64,000 nt of DNA from Thermoproteota archaeon (GCA_027491915.1 JAOZGC010000002.1:608001-672000); one strand, 5' to 3'; counted from the stretch's first letter, positions 1 through 9,883 are shown. The notes: generated by a model not told the origin, from the letters alone. Numbers and translations are program-made.

Positions 1-815
1 TCTATCTCGTAGCCGACCGAGTTCCGGCCCAGCTCGGCCGCGACGGCGGAGGTGGTCCCGGTCCCCAGGAACGGGTCGGGCACCGTGTGCCCCAGCACGG
101 AGAACATCCTTATGAGCCTCCTGGGGATCTCGGCCGGGAAGGCCGCCGTCCCCCTTCCCAGGTCCGGGCGCGCCTGCCTCTCCCCCCTGACCTCCCATAT
201 CTGGGAGAACCACTCGTCCCTCTCACTCCTGGTGTAGGAGCTGGCGAGCCGCCTCCCGTCTCCCCGGGGGAACCTCCTGGGGCCGCCCTTCCTGAACACC
301 AGGATGAACTCCACGTCCAGCGTCACGTACGCTTTTGGGGGTAGGAACCCGGAGCCCAGGAAGGCGTTGGGCCTGTTGGTCGGCTTCTTCCAGAGGATGT
401 AGGGGAGGGGGGTCAGCCCGACGCCCCCCAGGTCCTCGGCGACCCTGGCGTGGTTGAGGAATATCCTGAAGGACCCCCCATCCTGCGGGCCGCGTCCCCC
501 ACGTTGACGCAGGCTATCCCCCCGGGGACCAGCACCCTGGCCACCTCCTCCCACACCGGGAGCAGGGTCCTGTGCATCTCGTCGTAGGCCCTCCTAACCA
601 ACTCGCCGGTCACTCCCCCGGCCGACTCGCCCTCCAGCTTGCCCAGGATGCAATCGACCTCCGGATTGAGCCCGCGGATACAGGTCGTCCCACATCTCCA
701 CCATGGGGTAGGGCGGCGAGGTCACCACCAGGTGGACCGTCTCGTCCCCCAGCTCCGGCATCCTCCGGGAGTCGCCGAACACCACCAGGTGCGAGGTCTC
801 CAGGTCCACCGCCAC
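1..815 (-). pseudogene. Site-specific DNA methyltransferase (N4-C/N6-A, beta class), two frameshifts; runs off the left edge
   Basis: Three frames join into one protein: LVVFGDSRRM..VHLVVTSPPY (motif IV); EVARVLVPGGIACVNVGD; ILWKKPTN..AAFPAEIPRRLIRMFS..VPDPFLGTGTT..LGRNSVGYEID (motif I). Shifts near 677 and in a G run near 475. Confidence 0.85.
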
Positions 816-989
816 CCTCCTTCCCTCCCCTCACCCCCGGTCCGGGCCGGGTCTGGTCTGGTCACCCCCCGAACGATCCGGCGAGCCCTCGCCCCCGCCC
901 GGATCGGCGCGCCGGGATCCCCGGTCGGGCCGCCCCACCCGGGTCGGGGACAACGGATATTTAGTTTAGGCCCGCCCCCCGCCGCCCGG

Positions 990-1658
990 ATGAGGCTGGT
1001 CATACTGGACCTGGACCAGACCATCCTGGACACCCTCCCCAGGTTCCACAGCGTGTTCAACGAGGTTCTCGAGGAGGTGGGCGGGCGGCCCCTGCCGTGG
1101 GGGGATTTCCTAGGGCTCTACTCGGCCGACGACCTGGACTCCGCCATCCCGGGCGGCGTGGACCCGGCCTTCTTCTGGAGGGAGTTCGCCTCCAGGTACT
1201 CCTCCAGGAGGCACCCCGGCGACGCCCCCATCGCGGGGGCCCGGGAGGCCATAGCCTCGCTGGCCTCCATGGGGATCTCCCTGGCCGTCGCCACCGGGAG
1301 GAGGTGCGACCCGGAGGAAGTCCGCGGGGAGCTGGAGGAGTTCGGCCTGGCGGACGGGATATCCGCCTTCTACTCCCTGGGTCAGCTGGAGCCCGAGTCC
1401 GGGATATGGGACAGGGACCGCCTGATATCCGCGGCCCTGGCCGACTTCGGGGTGCCGCCGCGGGAGGCCGCCTTCGTCGGGGACTACTGGGTCGACGTCA
1501 GGTCGGCCAAGAGGGCCGGGGTCACGGCGATAGCTGTGCTCACCGGACTGGAACCGGAGGAGAGGCTCAGGGCGGCCGGGGCCGATCACATCATAGGCGG
1601 GATATGGGAGCTCCCGGACTTGATCCGGGAACTGGCGGGCCGCCCGCCCCGGACCTGA
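990..1658 (+). CDS. HAD-family hydrolase (phosphoglycolate phosphatase-like)
   Basis: ILDLDQTI motif I, VATGR motif II, FVGDYWVDV motif IV; ATG at 990 after an AT-rich promoter. Confidence 0.9.
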   Translation: MRLVILDLDQTILDTLPRFHSVFNEVLEEVGGRPLPWGDFLGLYSADDLDSAIPGGVDPAFFWREFASRYSSRRHPGDAPIAGAREAIASLASMGISLAVATGRRCDPEEVRGELEEFGLADGISAFYSLGQLEPESGIWDRDRLISAALADFGVPPREAAFVGDYWVDVRSAKRAGVTAIAVLTGLEPEERLRAAGADHIIGGIWELPDLIRELAGRPPRT

Positions 1659-1675
1659 TTTAACATCGTTATATC

Positions 1676-1684
1676 TTTTTATAA
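1676..1684 (+). promoter_or_regulatory. TATA box of the sufC-sufBD operon (probably leaderless transcript)
   Basis: TTTTTATAA about 23 bp before ATG 1707 in a GC-rich background. Confidence 0.6.
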
Positions 1685-1706
1685 GGGTCGGCCGGGCGGG
1701 GGCCCG

Positions 1707-2468
1707 ATGCTGGAGGTAAGCGGCCTGAGAGCTGAGGTGGACGGCAGGGAGGTGGTCCGCGGCGCCAGCCTCACCCTGGGGGAGGGGGAGGTGGCCCTCC
1801 TGCTGGGCCCCAACGGGTCCGGGAAGTCCTCCCTCATACAGACGCTGCTGGGCAATCCCAGGTACGAGGTGACCGGCGGGAGAATATCCCTGGACGGGAG
1901 GGACCTGACCGGTGCCCCGCCCGACGAGAGGGCGGCCGCCGGGCTGGGGGCGGTCTTCCAGATGCCTCCGAGTATAAGGGGGATCACCCTGAGGTCCCTC
2001 CTCAGGAAGCTGGCCGAGAGGTTCGGCTCGGACTACGGGGAGCTGGAGGATCTGGCCGGGGAGATGGGGGCGGCCCACCTCCTGGACCGGGACCTGCACG
2101 TCGGGTTCAGCGGGGGGGAGATGAAGAGGGCGGAGGTCCTCCTGCTCATGGCGCAGAGACCCAAGGTGTCCCTCCTGGACGAGCCGGACTCGGGGGTCGA
2201 CCTGGAGAGCCTGCCGGTGATCGGGAGGGCGATAGCCGCGTTCCTGGAGGGGGACGGCCCGAAGGCGTTCCAGAGGAGGTCCGCCCTGGTGGTGACCCAC
2301 ACCGGCCACATAGCCAGGTACCTGAGGGCCTCCAGGGCGTTCGTCATGATCGACGGGACGATAAGGTGCTTTGGCGACGCGACCGCGGTCCTGGAGGACG
2401 TGGAGAGACTGGGCTTCGAGGGGTGCGCCAGGTGCCTGAGGGGGGAGCTGGTGGAGGATGGATGCTGA
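1707..2468 (+). CDS. sufC: Fe-S assembly ATPase SufC (SmsC type)
   Basis: GPNGSGKS Walker A, GFSGGEMKR, LLDEPDSGVD, C-terminal CxxC. Confidence 0.92.
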   Translation: MLEVSGLRAEVDGREVVRGASLTLGEGEVALLLGPNGSGKSSLIQTLLGNPRYEVTGGRISLDGRDLTGAPPDERAAAGLGAVFQMPPSIRGITLRSLLRKLAERFGSDYGELEDLAGEMGAAHLLDRDLHVGFSGGEMKRAEVLLLMAQRPKVSLLDEPDSGVDLESLPVIGRAIAAFLEGDGPKAFQRRSALVVTHTGHIARYLRASRAFVMIDGTIRCFGDATAVLEDVERLGFEGCARCLRGELVEDGC

Positions 2469-3669
2469 GATCTCGGCCGACATCAGGAGGAGGGCCGAGG
2501 AGGCCCTGGACAGGCCGTCCCCCAGGGGACCAGACCTGGACGTGAGGTCGTTCCCCCCGGCCAGCCCGGCCGTGCCCCTGGAGGAGCTGATATCGCGCGG
2601 GAGCCTCCTGAGGAGGGTCGGCATAGACCCCCTGGGGGCCTCCAGGTCCGGCTCCTACCTCCAGGCCGACGAGGGCCAGGCCATCGCCTCCTCGGGGACC
2701 CCGGGCCTGAGGGTCTCGACTCTCTCCCAGGCCCTGGAGTCGGGTGAGGCCGATCCGTACTACTGGAGGGCCGTCCCGGTGGACAGGGACAAGTACACGG
2801 CCGCGGCCGAGCTATTCGGCGGGAGGGTGGGGTACTTCTTCGTCGCGGAGGCGGGGGCCAGGATAGAGAGGCCGGTCCAGTCCTGCTTCCTCATGACCAC
2901 CCCCGGGTCGCTGCAGGCTCCCCACAACATAATAGTGGTCGAGGAGGGGGCGGAGCTCCACGTCGTGGCCGGCTGCCTGACCATGATGGGGAGGCCCGGG
3001 CTCCACGCGGGGGTCTCAGAGTTCTACGTCAAGAGGGGCGGCAGGCTCACCTACACCATGATACACTCCTGGTCGGAGGAGACCCACGTCAGGCCCAGGA
3101 CCGGGGTGATCGTGGAGGAGGGCGGGGAGTACGTCAGCCACTACGTCAACATGACGCCGGTGGCCAGCCTCCAGACCGACCCGGTCGTCAGGCTGGTGGG
3201 GGAGGGTGCCAGGGCCCACCTGTCCTCCGTGATAGTGGCCCCCGGGAGGTCGGTCATGGACGTCGGCGGGACCGCCGTCCTGGGGGCCCCGGGGACCTCG
3301 GCGGAGATAGTCTCCAGGATAGTCGCCAAGGACGGGGCGGACGTCGCCAACAGGGCCCTCATAAGGGCGGAGGCGCCCGGCTCCAGGGGGCACGTGGAGT
3401 GCAACGGGCTCCTACTCTCGGACGACTCCAGGATCGCGACGATTCCCGTGCTGGACGCCGCCGTCAGGGACGTGGAGCTGACCCACGAGGCGGCCGTCGG
3501 GAAGCTGGACGAGGAGCAGATCTTCTACCTCATGTCCCGCGGGTTCCACGAGGAGGAGGCCGTCGGCATGCTGGTGAGGGGGTTCATGAGCGTCAGGCTG
3601 GAGGGCCTGCCCGAGGAACTCAGTAGGCAGATAGAGTCGGCCATATCCATGGCCGCGGCCGGGCTGTGA
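2458..3669 (+). CDS. sufB: Fe-S assembly scaffold SufB/SufD (SmsB type)
   Basis: HNIIVVEEGA, GHVECNGLLL, LTHEAAVGKL..FYLMSRG; overlaps sufC. Confidence 0.92.
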   Translation: MDAEISADIRRRAEEALDRPSPRGPDLDVRSFPPASPAVPLEELISRGSLLRRVGIDPLGASRSGSYLQADEGQAIASSGTPGLRVSTLSQALESGEADPYYWRAVPVDRDKYTAAAELFGGRVGYFFVAEAGARIERPVQSCFLMTTPGSLQAPHNIIVVEEGAELHVVAGCLTMMGRPGLHAGVSEFYVKRGGRLTYTMIHSWSEETHVRPRTGVIVEEGGEYVSHYVNMTPVASLQTDPVVRLVGEGARAHLSSVIVAPGRSVMDVGGTAVLGAPGTSAEIVSRIVAKDGADVANRALIRAEAPGSRGHVECNGLLLSDDSRIATIPVLDAAVRDVELTHEAAVGKLDEEQIFYLMSRGFHEEEAVGMLVRGFMSVRLEGLPEELSRQIESAISMAAAGL

Positions 3670-3685
3670 GGTCCCTCCTCGCCGC

Positions 3686-4075
3686 TCACCGCTTCCCCCG
3701 GCCGCCCGTCCTCCCCCGGGCCGCCTCGACGACCCCGAGGTCGTCCACCAGCGCCACCCCCCTGGCCACCTCCTCGGCGAACCTGGGGGCCTTCTCCAGC
3801 AGCCGCGCGAGGTCCCCGGGCCTGAGGGGCATGGGCTCTATCCCCGGCCTCAGCTCGGCGGAGATCAGGTCGAACCTCCTCAGGGGATTCTCCGGCAGCC
3901 TGGGGGACACTATCAGAACGTCTATGTCGCTCCACTCGTTGAAGTCGCCCCTGGCCGTGGACCCTATGACTATCACGGAGGCCGGCCTGATCGAGGGGTA
4001 CACGGCCTCGGCGAACTCCCTGGCCAGCCTCAGCCTGAGCTCCCTCTCCCTCCTCCTCCTCTCAAGGATCTCCAC
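3686..4075 (-). CDS. Minimal nucleotidyltransferase (MNT) antitoxin
   Basis: IGSTARGDFNEWSDIDVLIV motif; adjacent to a HEPN gene. Confidence 0.88.
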   Translation of the reverse strand: MEILERRRRERELRLRLAREFAEAVYPSIRPASVIVIGSTARGDFNEWSDIDVLIVSPRLPENPLRRFDLISAELRPGIEPMPLRPGDLARLLEKAPRFAEEVARGVALVDDLGVVEAARGRTGGRGKR

Positions 4076-4451
4076 AGGGACTCCACGTAACCCATCACGG
4101 CCCTCGCATAAAAGATGGACTCCTCCGCCTCGGACCTGGTGTAGTACTCGTGGGGGCCCCCTCGCTCCACATGTCGGCGTACCTCGGGGCGGTGTAGAAC
4201 TTGTCCAGCCTGGCGCAGGCCTCCCTTATCTCCGGCGGCGGGTCGCCCACCTCGGCCAGGAGGCGGGTCAGGCTGTGGCCGAAAGCCGGCCGTCCCACTC
4301 CCCACAGGTAGGCCTTCAGGGCGAACTCGGCCGCCTGCTGGGCCTTGAAGCAGGCCCAGTTGTAGTAGCCAGCCTCCAGGTCTCCCTCGGCCGACCTGAG
4401 GGTGTGCCTCGCGCTGGACATCCAGCGCTCGAACTCGCCGGAGTCGAGCAT
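4030..4451 (-). pseudogene. HEPN domain protein, frameshifted near 4155
   Basis: WACFKAQQAAEFALKA..GHSL..YTAPRY; the C-terminus PHEYYTRSEAEE..ARAVMGYVE lies in another frame after a C run. Confidence 0.82.
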
Positions 4452-4509
4452 CCGCCCCGCGCCCGCCGGGTCGGGAACCTATATTTACCCCGCGCCCGGG
4501 CGGCCCGCG

Positions 4510-6216
4510 ATGGTGGTCGGGGGGGCGGGTTTCTCGGTCGACCTCGGGACCGTGGCCTTCCTGGCAGTGGCGGCCGGGTTGGCGGCAGTCTACGGGCTGA
4601 GGAAGGCGATCGTCGTCCTGCCGGGCCTCATGCTCGCGGCCCTGCTCGCCAGGACGGCCGGCCTCCCGGGTTTCCAGCCCCTCTTCGCCTTCTCGTCCCT
4701 GGCCACCGCCCTCCTGGTCTTCATAGCCGGGCTGGAGCTCGACGTCCGCCTCCTGGGGAAGGAGAAGGAGAGGGTCCTCCTCCTGTTCTTCTTCGAGATG
4801 CTGATCCTGCTCAGCATGCTCAACGTCCTCAGGGCCCTGCTGGACCTCCCCCTGGCCCTGGCGCTGACCGCCGTCATGCTCGCCTCCAACGAGGCCTTCG
4901 TCCTGGAGGCGGCCAGGGGCAGCGCCGAGCTGGGCCAGTTCGGGATAACCATATCCGTGCTGGAGGACTCGGCCGCCGTCTTCCTACTCTCCGTGGGGTT
5001 CTTCACCTCCAAGGGGGCCGTCCTCTCTGGTCCTGAGCTGTACGACCTGCTCGTGAGGGCAATGCTCCTGCTGGGCCTGGCCCTGGCCCTCGGGGGGGCC
5101 TTCAACGGGGTCCTCAGGAGGACCGACTCGGTGGACGCCGGGGTCCTGGTGATGCTGGTCTACGTGCTGCTCATGTCCTCCGCCGCCGGGCTGGCCGGCC
5201 TGCCGGAGGCCCTGGTCCTCTTCCTGGGCGGGGTCGGGCTCGCCGTCCGCGGCGTCCCCGAGCGGACCGCCGAGGCCATGAGGGGCTACATGACCCTCGC
5301 CCTCATGGGGTTCGTCCTCTACCTCCCCTACAGGCTCCCTCCCCCCTCGCCGGGCGAGGCCCTGGGGGCCGCGGCCCTGGGGGCCGCCATGGCCCTGGCG
5401 GCCTTCGCCCTGAGGGGGACGGTGCTCTGGGTCTCCTCGCTGCTGGCCGGGCTGGACCTCAGGTCCTCGACAACCCTGGCCCTCAGCCTGGCCAACACCG
5501 GGGAGTTCGGCCTGCTGGTGGTCTCCACCCTGGCCGAGGAGGGAATGATAGGGACCCAGGTTGCCCTGGCGGCCATGTTCGCCTACGCCATCAACTTGAC
5601 GCTGGTTTCGGCCGTGGTCAGGAGGATAGACGCGGCCAGGAACCTGGTGCTGGCCGCCATACCCGACCCCCTGGAGGAGAGGATCGACGACCTGACCCGG
5701 GACATAGACAGGTTCGTGGTCTCCGCCCTCAAGGACGAGAAGTTCAAGGGCCACCTCTACGAGATGGCCGCCGTGGCCGCGGTGGTCTACCTCATAACGG
5801 CCGCCATGGAGGCCCTCCAAAACCCCATCACCAACTACGCCTTCTCCGTGGTCCTCCTGGGGGCCTTCGTCCTGACCGTCTACACCGCCCTGGAGAGGAT
5901 GAGCAGGGACCTGGAGGTGGTCGGCTCCTCCCCCTACTCCCTGATCTCGATGGCCATCAGGTTCTCCGTCCTCTACGTCGTCATGGCCCCGCTGCTCCAC
6001 TCCCTGCAGAGGGCCCTGTCGGGAGGCCTCCTGGTCAGCATGTCCCACCCCATGACCCTGTTCCTGGTGTTCGCCACGGCCGCTGGGCTGGACAGGGGGC
6101 TGGATCGCCTGTCGGCCCTGGCGGCCTCCAGGGGGAGGACCCAGGCCGGCCGCGCCGGGCCGGGGGAGGCGCGCCCCGGGGTCCGCGCCGACCGGCTTGG
6201 GGGACCGCCAAGTTAA
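4510..6216 (+). CDS. Cation:proton antiporter (CPA2/Kef-like) with extra C-terminal TM segments
   Basis: Many hydrophobic segments, VFIAGLELD, SVLEDS, ANTGEFGLLV. Confidence 0.8.
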   Translation: MVVGGAGFSVDLGTVAFLAVAAGLAAVYGLRKAIVVLPGLMLAALLARTAGLPGFQPLFAFSSLATALLVFIAGLELDVRLLGKEKERVLLLFFFEMLILLSMLNVLRALLDLPLALALTAVMLASNEAFVLEAARGSAELGQFGITISVLEDSAAVFLLSVGFFTSKGAVLSGPELYDLLVRAMLLLGLALALGGAFNGVLRRTDSVDAGVLVMLVYVLLMSSAAGLAGLPEALVLFLGGVGLAVRGVPERTAEAMRGYMTLALMGFVLYLPYRLPPPSPGEALGAAALGAAMALAAFALRGTVLWVSSLLAGLDLRSSTTLALSLANTGEFGLLVVSTLAEEGMIGTQVALAAMFAYAINLTLVSAVVRRIDAARNLVLAAIPDPLEERIDDLTRDIDRFVVSALKDEKFKGHLYEMAAVAAVVYLITAAMEALQNPITNYAFSVVLLGAFVLTVYTALERMSRDLEVVGSSPYSLISMAIRFSVLYVVMAPLLHSLQRALSGGLLVSMSHPMTLFLVFATAAGLDRGLDRLSALAASRGRTQAGRAGPGEARPGVRADRLGGPPS

Positions 6217-6243
6217 TATCCCCGGGTCGCCCCAACCACCCGG

Positions 6244-6645
6244 GTGAACTGGTTGACCCTGGTGGTCAAGAGGGTGAGCGAGGCCAAGCTGAGGGAGCTC
6301 AGGGCGGAGGCCGCGAGACGCGGCATAACCCTGTCCAAGGCGGTCGAGGAGGCCATAGACCTATGGCTCACCCTGTCTCGGAGATCTCGACTTGACGAGG
6401 AGGAGGCCGCAAACAACAAGGAGTACGAGAGGCTCAGGAGCTCCGGGGAGCTGGACCGCGCCCGGGGGAGGTACGTGGTCATAGCAGGGGGCAGGCTGCT
6501 GGGGTACTTCGACACCCTGGAGGGGGCCTCCAGGGCGATCGCCGAGTCGGGCGCCAGGAAGGCGCTCGTCTTCAGGCCCGGGGTCGACGACCGGGAGGCG
6601 GATCTGGAGTGGGCGGGAGGATCTATGAGGCGACTGAGTGCCTGA
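6244..6645 (+). CDS. Ribbon-helix-helix plus DUF5678-like protein
   Basis: N-term LVVKRVSE..LRAEAARRGITLSKAVEEAI (RHH); C-term RGRYVVIAGGRLLGYFDTLEGA. Confidence 0.65.
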   Translation: MNWLTLVVKRVSEAKLRELRAEAARRGITLSKAVEEAIDLWLTLSRRSRLDEEEAANNKEYERLRSSGELDRARGRYVVIAGGRLLGYFDTLEGASRAIAESGARKALVFRPGVDDREADLEWAGGSMRRLSA

Positions 6646-7073
6646 GGTACTCCCCATCCGCCGTCCCGGCCCCGACCATCGGGTTGACCCTGAGGGACCT
6701 GTCGGGGCGGTCGGCCGTCGGCGGGGAGTTCCAGGTGGACACAGGGTTCGAGGGGGACGTTCTGGTCCCCTGGGACGAGTACGTCCACTTTCAGACGGCC
6801 GAACTTCCGGAAGATCTCTGGAGGAGGTACAGGACGGTCTCCGGGATCGTCGTGGGCATGAGGTGCGCCAGGGCCCTGGCCGAGGTGGGGGGAGGGGTCC
6901 ACGAGGTCCTGGTGGAGACCCCCCTGCTGGGGGAGGGGAGGAGGCTCGTCGGGAGGGGGCTGCTCCGCAGGCTGAGGCTGGCCCTGGACGGGCCGGACCT
7001 GACCTCCTGTCTGCTCTCGAGGAGGACCCCGGCCGGCCGCGCCGGATCGGTCGGGGGACCGCCCCGGGGGTGA
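6609..7073 (+). CDS. Clan AA (retropepsin-like) aspartic protease
   Basis: FQVDTGF catalytic motif and LVGRGLL (hydrophobic-G-R) motif. Confidence 0.75.
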   Translation: MGGRIYEATECLRYSPSAVPAPTIGLTLRDLSGRSAVGGEFQVDTGFEGDVLVPWDEYVHFQTAELPEDLWRRYRTVSGIVVGMRCARALAEVGGGVHEVLVETPLLGEGRRLVGRGLLRRLRLALDGPDLTSCLLSRRTPAGRAGSVGGPPRG

Positions 7074-7161
7074 CGCCGCCCCCCGGGGTCTCGATCGCGG
7101 GGCCCGACCCCCCGGCCCGGCGGGGGGCGGCCGACCCGCGGTTCCGGGCGTCGCGGTCCGT

Positions 7162-7968
7162 CTAGTCGGCGGCCGGGGATTCGGACGTCCCCCACCTCCC
7201 CCGGATCCCCCCGCGCCTCCGCCACCCCCGGGACGAGAACCCGACGACCATGCCCACGTGCCCGTCCCCGTAGACCCCCGGTAGCCTCCTCGCCAGGACC
7301 GACCTGGCCCGATCCCCCGAGCAGTGCACGGGGAACACCGCCCCCAGGCCCAGCCTCTCCACGGCGGCGGCCACCCCCTCCAGCCTGCCCGCGCCGGCGG
7401 ACGCCAGGTGGAACCCGCCCACGGCGGCGTAGACCCTCCCGGCGAGGTCGGCGGCCCTCTCCATCATCTCCTCGATCCCCGGGTGGGCGCACCCCGTCAG
7501 CAGCACGGACCCCAGCCCCCCCGCCGAGACGACGAGCCCGTGCTCGCTGGGCGGGCCCCGCATGCTCCCGGTGGTCGTCACCCCCGGGGCCAGCGCCGTC
7601 GGGTCCCCCAGGGTGATGGGCTCCAGCCCGAGTCCCTCGATCCACCTGACCACGCCCGGGCTGATCCCGCCCGGCAGGTATACCTTAGTCCCCGGGGCGA
7701 CCTCGGCGACGCGGGGCAGGCCGCCCGCGTGGTCCCAGTGTCCGTGGGAGACGACCGCGAAGTCGACGTCCGAGAGGTCCGCGCCGAGGGCTCCCGCGTT
7801 GCGCCCCAGGATCCGGGGATCGGGCCCCGAGTCGAAGAGGATCTTCAGGCTCCCGACCTTCACCAGAGCGGAGAATCCCCAGGCGGCCTTCAGGCCCCTC
7901 CCTCCCGGGTTGTTGTCCACGAGTATCGCGACCACGACCTCGTCCCCGGACCCGATCTCCCCGGACAA
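7162..7968 (-). CDS. MBL-fold metallo-hydrolase
   Basis: WGFSALV, ILFDSG, SHGHWDHAGG, TGCAHPG, GGFHL, VHCSG. Confidence 0.9.
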   Translation of the reverse strand: MSGEIGSGDEVVVAILVDNNPGGRGLKAAWGFSALVKVGSLKILFDSGPDPRILGRNAGALGADLSDVDFAVVSHGHWDHAGGLPRVAEVAPGTKVYLPGGISPGVVRWIEGLGLEPITLGDPTALAPGVTTTGSMRGPPSEHGLVVSAGGLGSVLLTGCAHPGIEEMMERAADLAGRVYAAVGGFHLASAGAGRLEGVAAAVERLGLGAVFPVHCSGDRARSVLARRLPGVYGDGHVGMVVGFSSRGWRRRGGIRGRWGTSESPAAD

Positions 7969-8290
7969 CGCCTTCCCTTCCCCCGGCCGGGACGCCGCCG
8001 CGGCCGGCGCGGCCCGGGTAAAAAGGTTCCCGCCGCGCCCGTGGGACCGGGCCCGCGGGGGCGCGCCCGACCGCCATCCCCGGGAGGATCGACCGGCCCA
8101 CGGGGAGTTTCCTCCGGGGAAAACGCACGCCCGGGCTGAGCCTTTCGGGCGACCCCCCGCGTCGCGGCCTTTGGGAACGTCGGCGGGGGTGCCGGCGATC
8201 AGGCCCCACCTACCCGCGCCTCGCCTCGCGGAGGCGGCGGCCGCGGCCTACCTGATATACGCCGGGGGGAAGGTCCGGTCCCGGTTCCGG

Positions 8291-8399
8291 GTCGGGGGAT
8301 GAGTCGAAGTCCGAGTCCGACTCAAGCTCATCCTCGGTATCGGGCTGGGCCTCTCAGCAACCGTCGGGGGATGAATCGAAGTCCGAGTCCGACTCAAGC
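8291..8399. repeat. Two 37-bp direct repeats (8291-8327, 8363-8399; one mismatch) separated by 35 bp
   Basis: GTCGGGGGATGA(G/A)TCGAAGTCCGAGTCCGACTCAAGC twice; internal TGAGTCG/CGACTCA hairpin in copy 1. Confidence 0.85.
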
Positions 8400-8410
8400 C
8401 CCCACCCGCC

Positions 8411-9389
8411 CTAGCCTCCCCGATCTGGCGGTGGATTTACCTCTCTGGTGTCACTCGACGTGTCCCAGTCCGTCCAGTAGCCCAGCGGCACGTACCTCTC
8501 CACCTCCCGCATCCACGCCTTGTAGCGGCCGCCCAGAGACGTCATGTTGAGCGTCTCGACCCTGGTCCCCCCGCCGCCGTACCACCCGGACTCCGGCCAC
8601 CTTCTCCAAAGTATCGGCTGCTCGGGATGGTCGATCGACTTCAGCCTACCCTCGAACCACACCTCGCAGTGGGGATCCACCTTCGCCTCGTACCTGCCCA
8701 CCGCATAGGGCCGGTCGTTCAACACCGTGGCATTCGGCTCCACCGGCGCAGGCCAGACCGTGAACCCCCTCGTCTCCCAACCTTGGGGGGAGACCCCGGC
8801 CAACCACCTCCCGGGTGGGTCCCCCCATCCCTATGTGATGGGTGAGGACGTAGTGGGCGAACTCGTACTCGCGGCCCCGTACTCGAAGGTGAGGGTCCCT
8901 GCCCTGCGTACCGCTTCCCGCTGACCTCGGCGGCGCCCCCCTCGGTCCCTATGATCAGGGTCCAGTCCGCCCCCTCCACGGCCGAGGCGCACTCGTCGCA
9001 CAATCCCGGCTCCGCGCAGTAGGCGAAGTGGAAGGTCACGTCGTCCCCTTGGTCACGCCCCCGGCCGGCGTCACCCAGCTCCTGGTGCAGCTGAAACCGC
9101 CGCCCCCGCACGGGCGCAGGTAGACGTCCTCCCAGGTCCCCTCGGGTACGTCAACCCGGGCGTGGTCGGAGCCGCAGTCCGCGTCGGCCTCCACCTCGTG
9201 TTGCCCGGGCTCGGTCGGTATCCGCAGGTCCGATCCCCTTCCCACCTGGGAGCCGTCCAGCAGTATGAGGGCGTCCTCGGGGCCGCCTCCGCTCTCCCTG
9301 ACGTGGACCACCACTCCCTGGTCCCCCTCCCCCTCCCCCGCCTTCCCCCGCCGCGGCCCAGGCAGGCGGGTGGGACGGCCACCCCCCAA
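8411..9389 (-). pseudogene. Decayed gene for a probable surface or secreted beta-rich protein (PEGA/Ig-like N-terminal part)
   Basis: Protein-like segments in three successive frames (ALILLDGSQVG..EPGQHEVEA; DDVTFHFAYC; WETRGFTVWP..YWTDWD) separated by frameshifts and a stop. Confidence 0.5.
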
Positions 9390-9883
9390 ACCCGATCGGA
9401 CCGATCGGCCAACTCCTCCGCGGCGACCCGACGGGCGGAGGGGAGGAGGTCAGACCGCCGCCGGGGACGGCGCGCGAGTTGGAGGGCGTCGCCCGACGAG
9501 AATCCCTTGTAGCCCCCCTTCCGGGGGCAATCCCCCCAATTTGGCCAATAACTCCACCGGAGTTTCCTCCTAGGATTCGAAATCATCTCCGCATTCCTTG
9601 GGCAGGGGGACCTCCGCGGAGTCCTCCTCCCGACGACCCCCCCGTACCGCCCCACCCTCGCGTCGGCACGCGGATCTCGGAGGGGGTGAGAGTTCCCAGG
9701 AGTTCCCCGACCATCGACCCGGACCTCTCCCCGGTCCGGTTCCAATATCTGGTGGTCGGTCGGGAATCCGGGGACGGGACGGGTCGGGACGGGTCGGGTC
9801 GGGAGGGGGGTCCGCCGACCCGACGGCCGGCCCCGGTCCCCCGCTGGGGTTTTATCCTGCTGGCCCCCCGGGTCGGGGGCCCC

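Noticed and set aside
1110-2624. Long antisense or alternate-frame ORFs here and at 15011-17461, 29066-31213, 29659-32076, 47657-49558 and elsewhere
   Set aside because: Shadows of real genes in stop-poor, GC-rich DNA; Pro/Gly/Arg-rich and without motifs.
8170-8290. Hydrophobic peptide remnant (AEAAAAAYLIYAGG)
   Set aside because: Too short, and has no start codon, to assign a family.
8291-8399. Calling the 37-bp repeat pair a CRISPR array
   Set aside because: Only two repeats, atypical ends, no leader or cas genes; kept as a repeat and a low-confidence finding.
8104-9570. 12-bp direct repeat GGAGTTTCCTCC at 8104 and 9559, bracketing the decayed gene
   Set aside because: Short, with no integrase, transposase or tRNA nearby; cannot be told from chance.
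9500-9600. AT-richer patch with small palindromes as a replication origin or tRNA
   Set aside because: No ORB consensus or repeated boxes, no cdc6 nearby, no cloverleaf.
9479-9883. N-terminal extensions in the ORF track (also 639, 4402, 17960, 18520, 35325, 35503)
   Set aside because: Low-complexity translations of intergenic or overlapping DNA; downstream starts match domain boundaries and TATA spacing.
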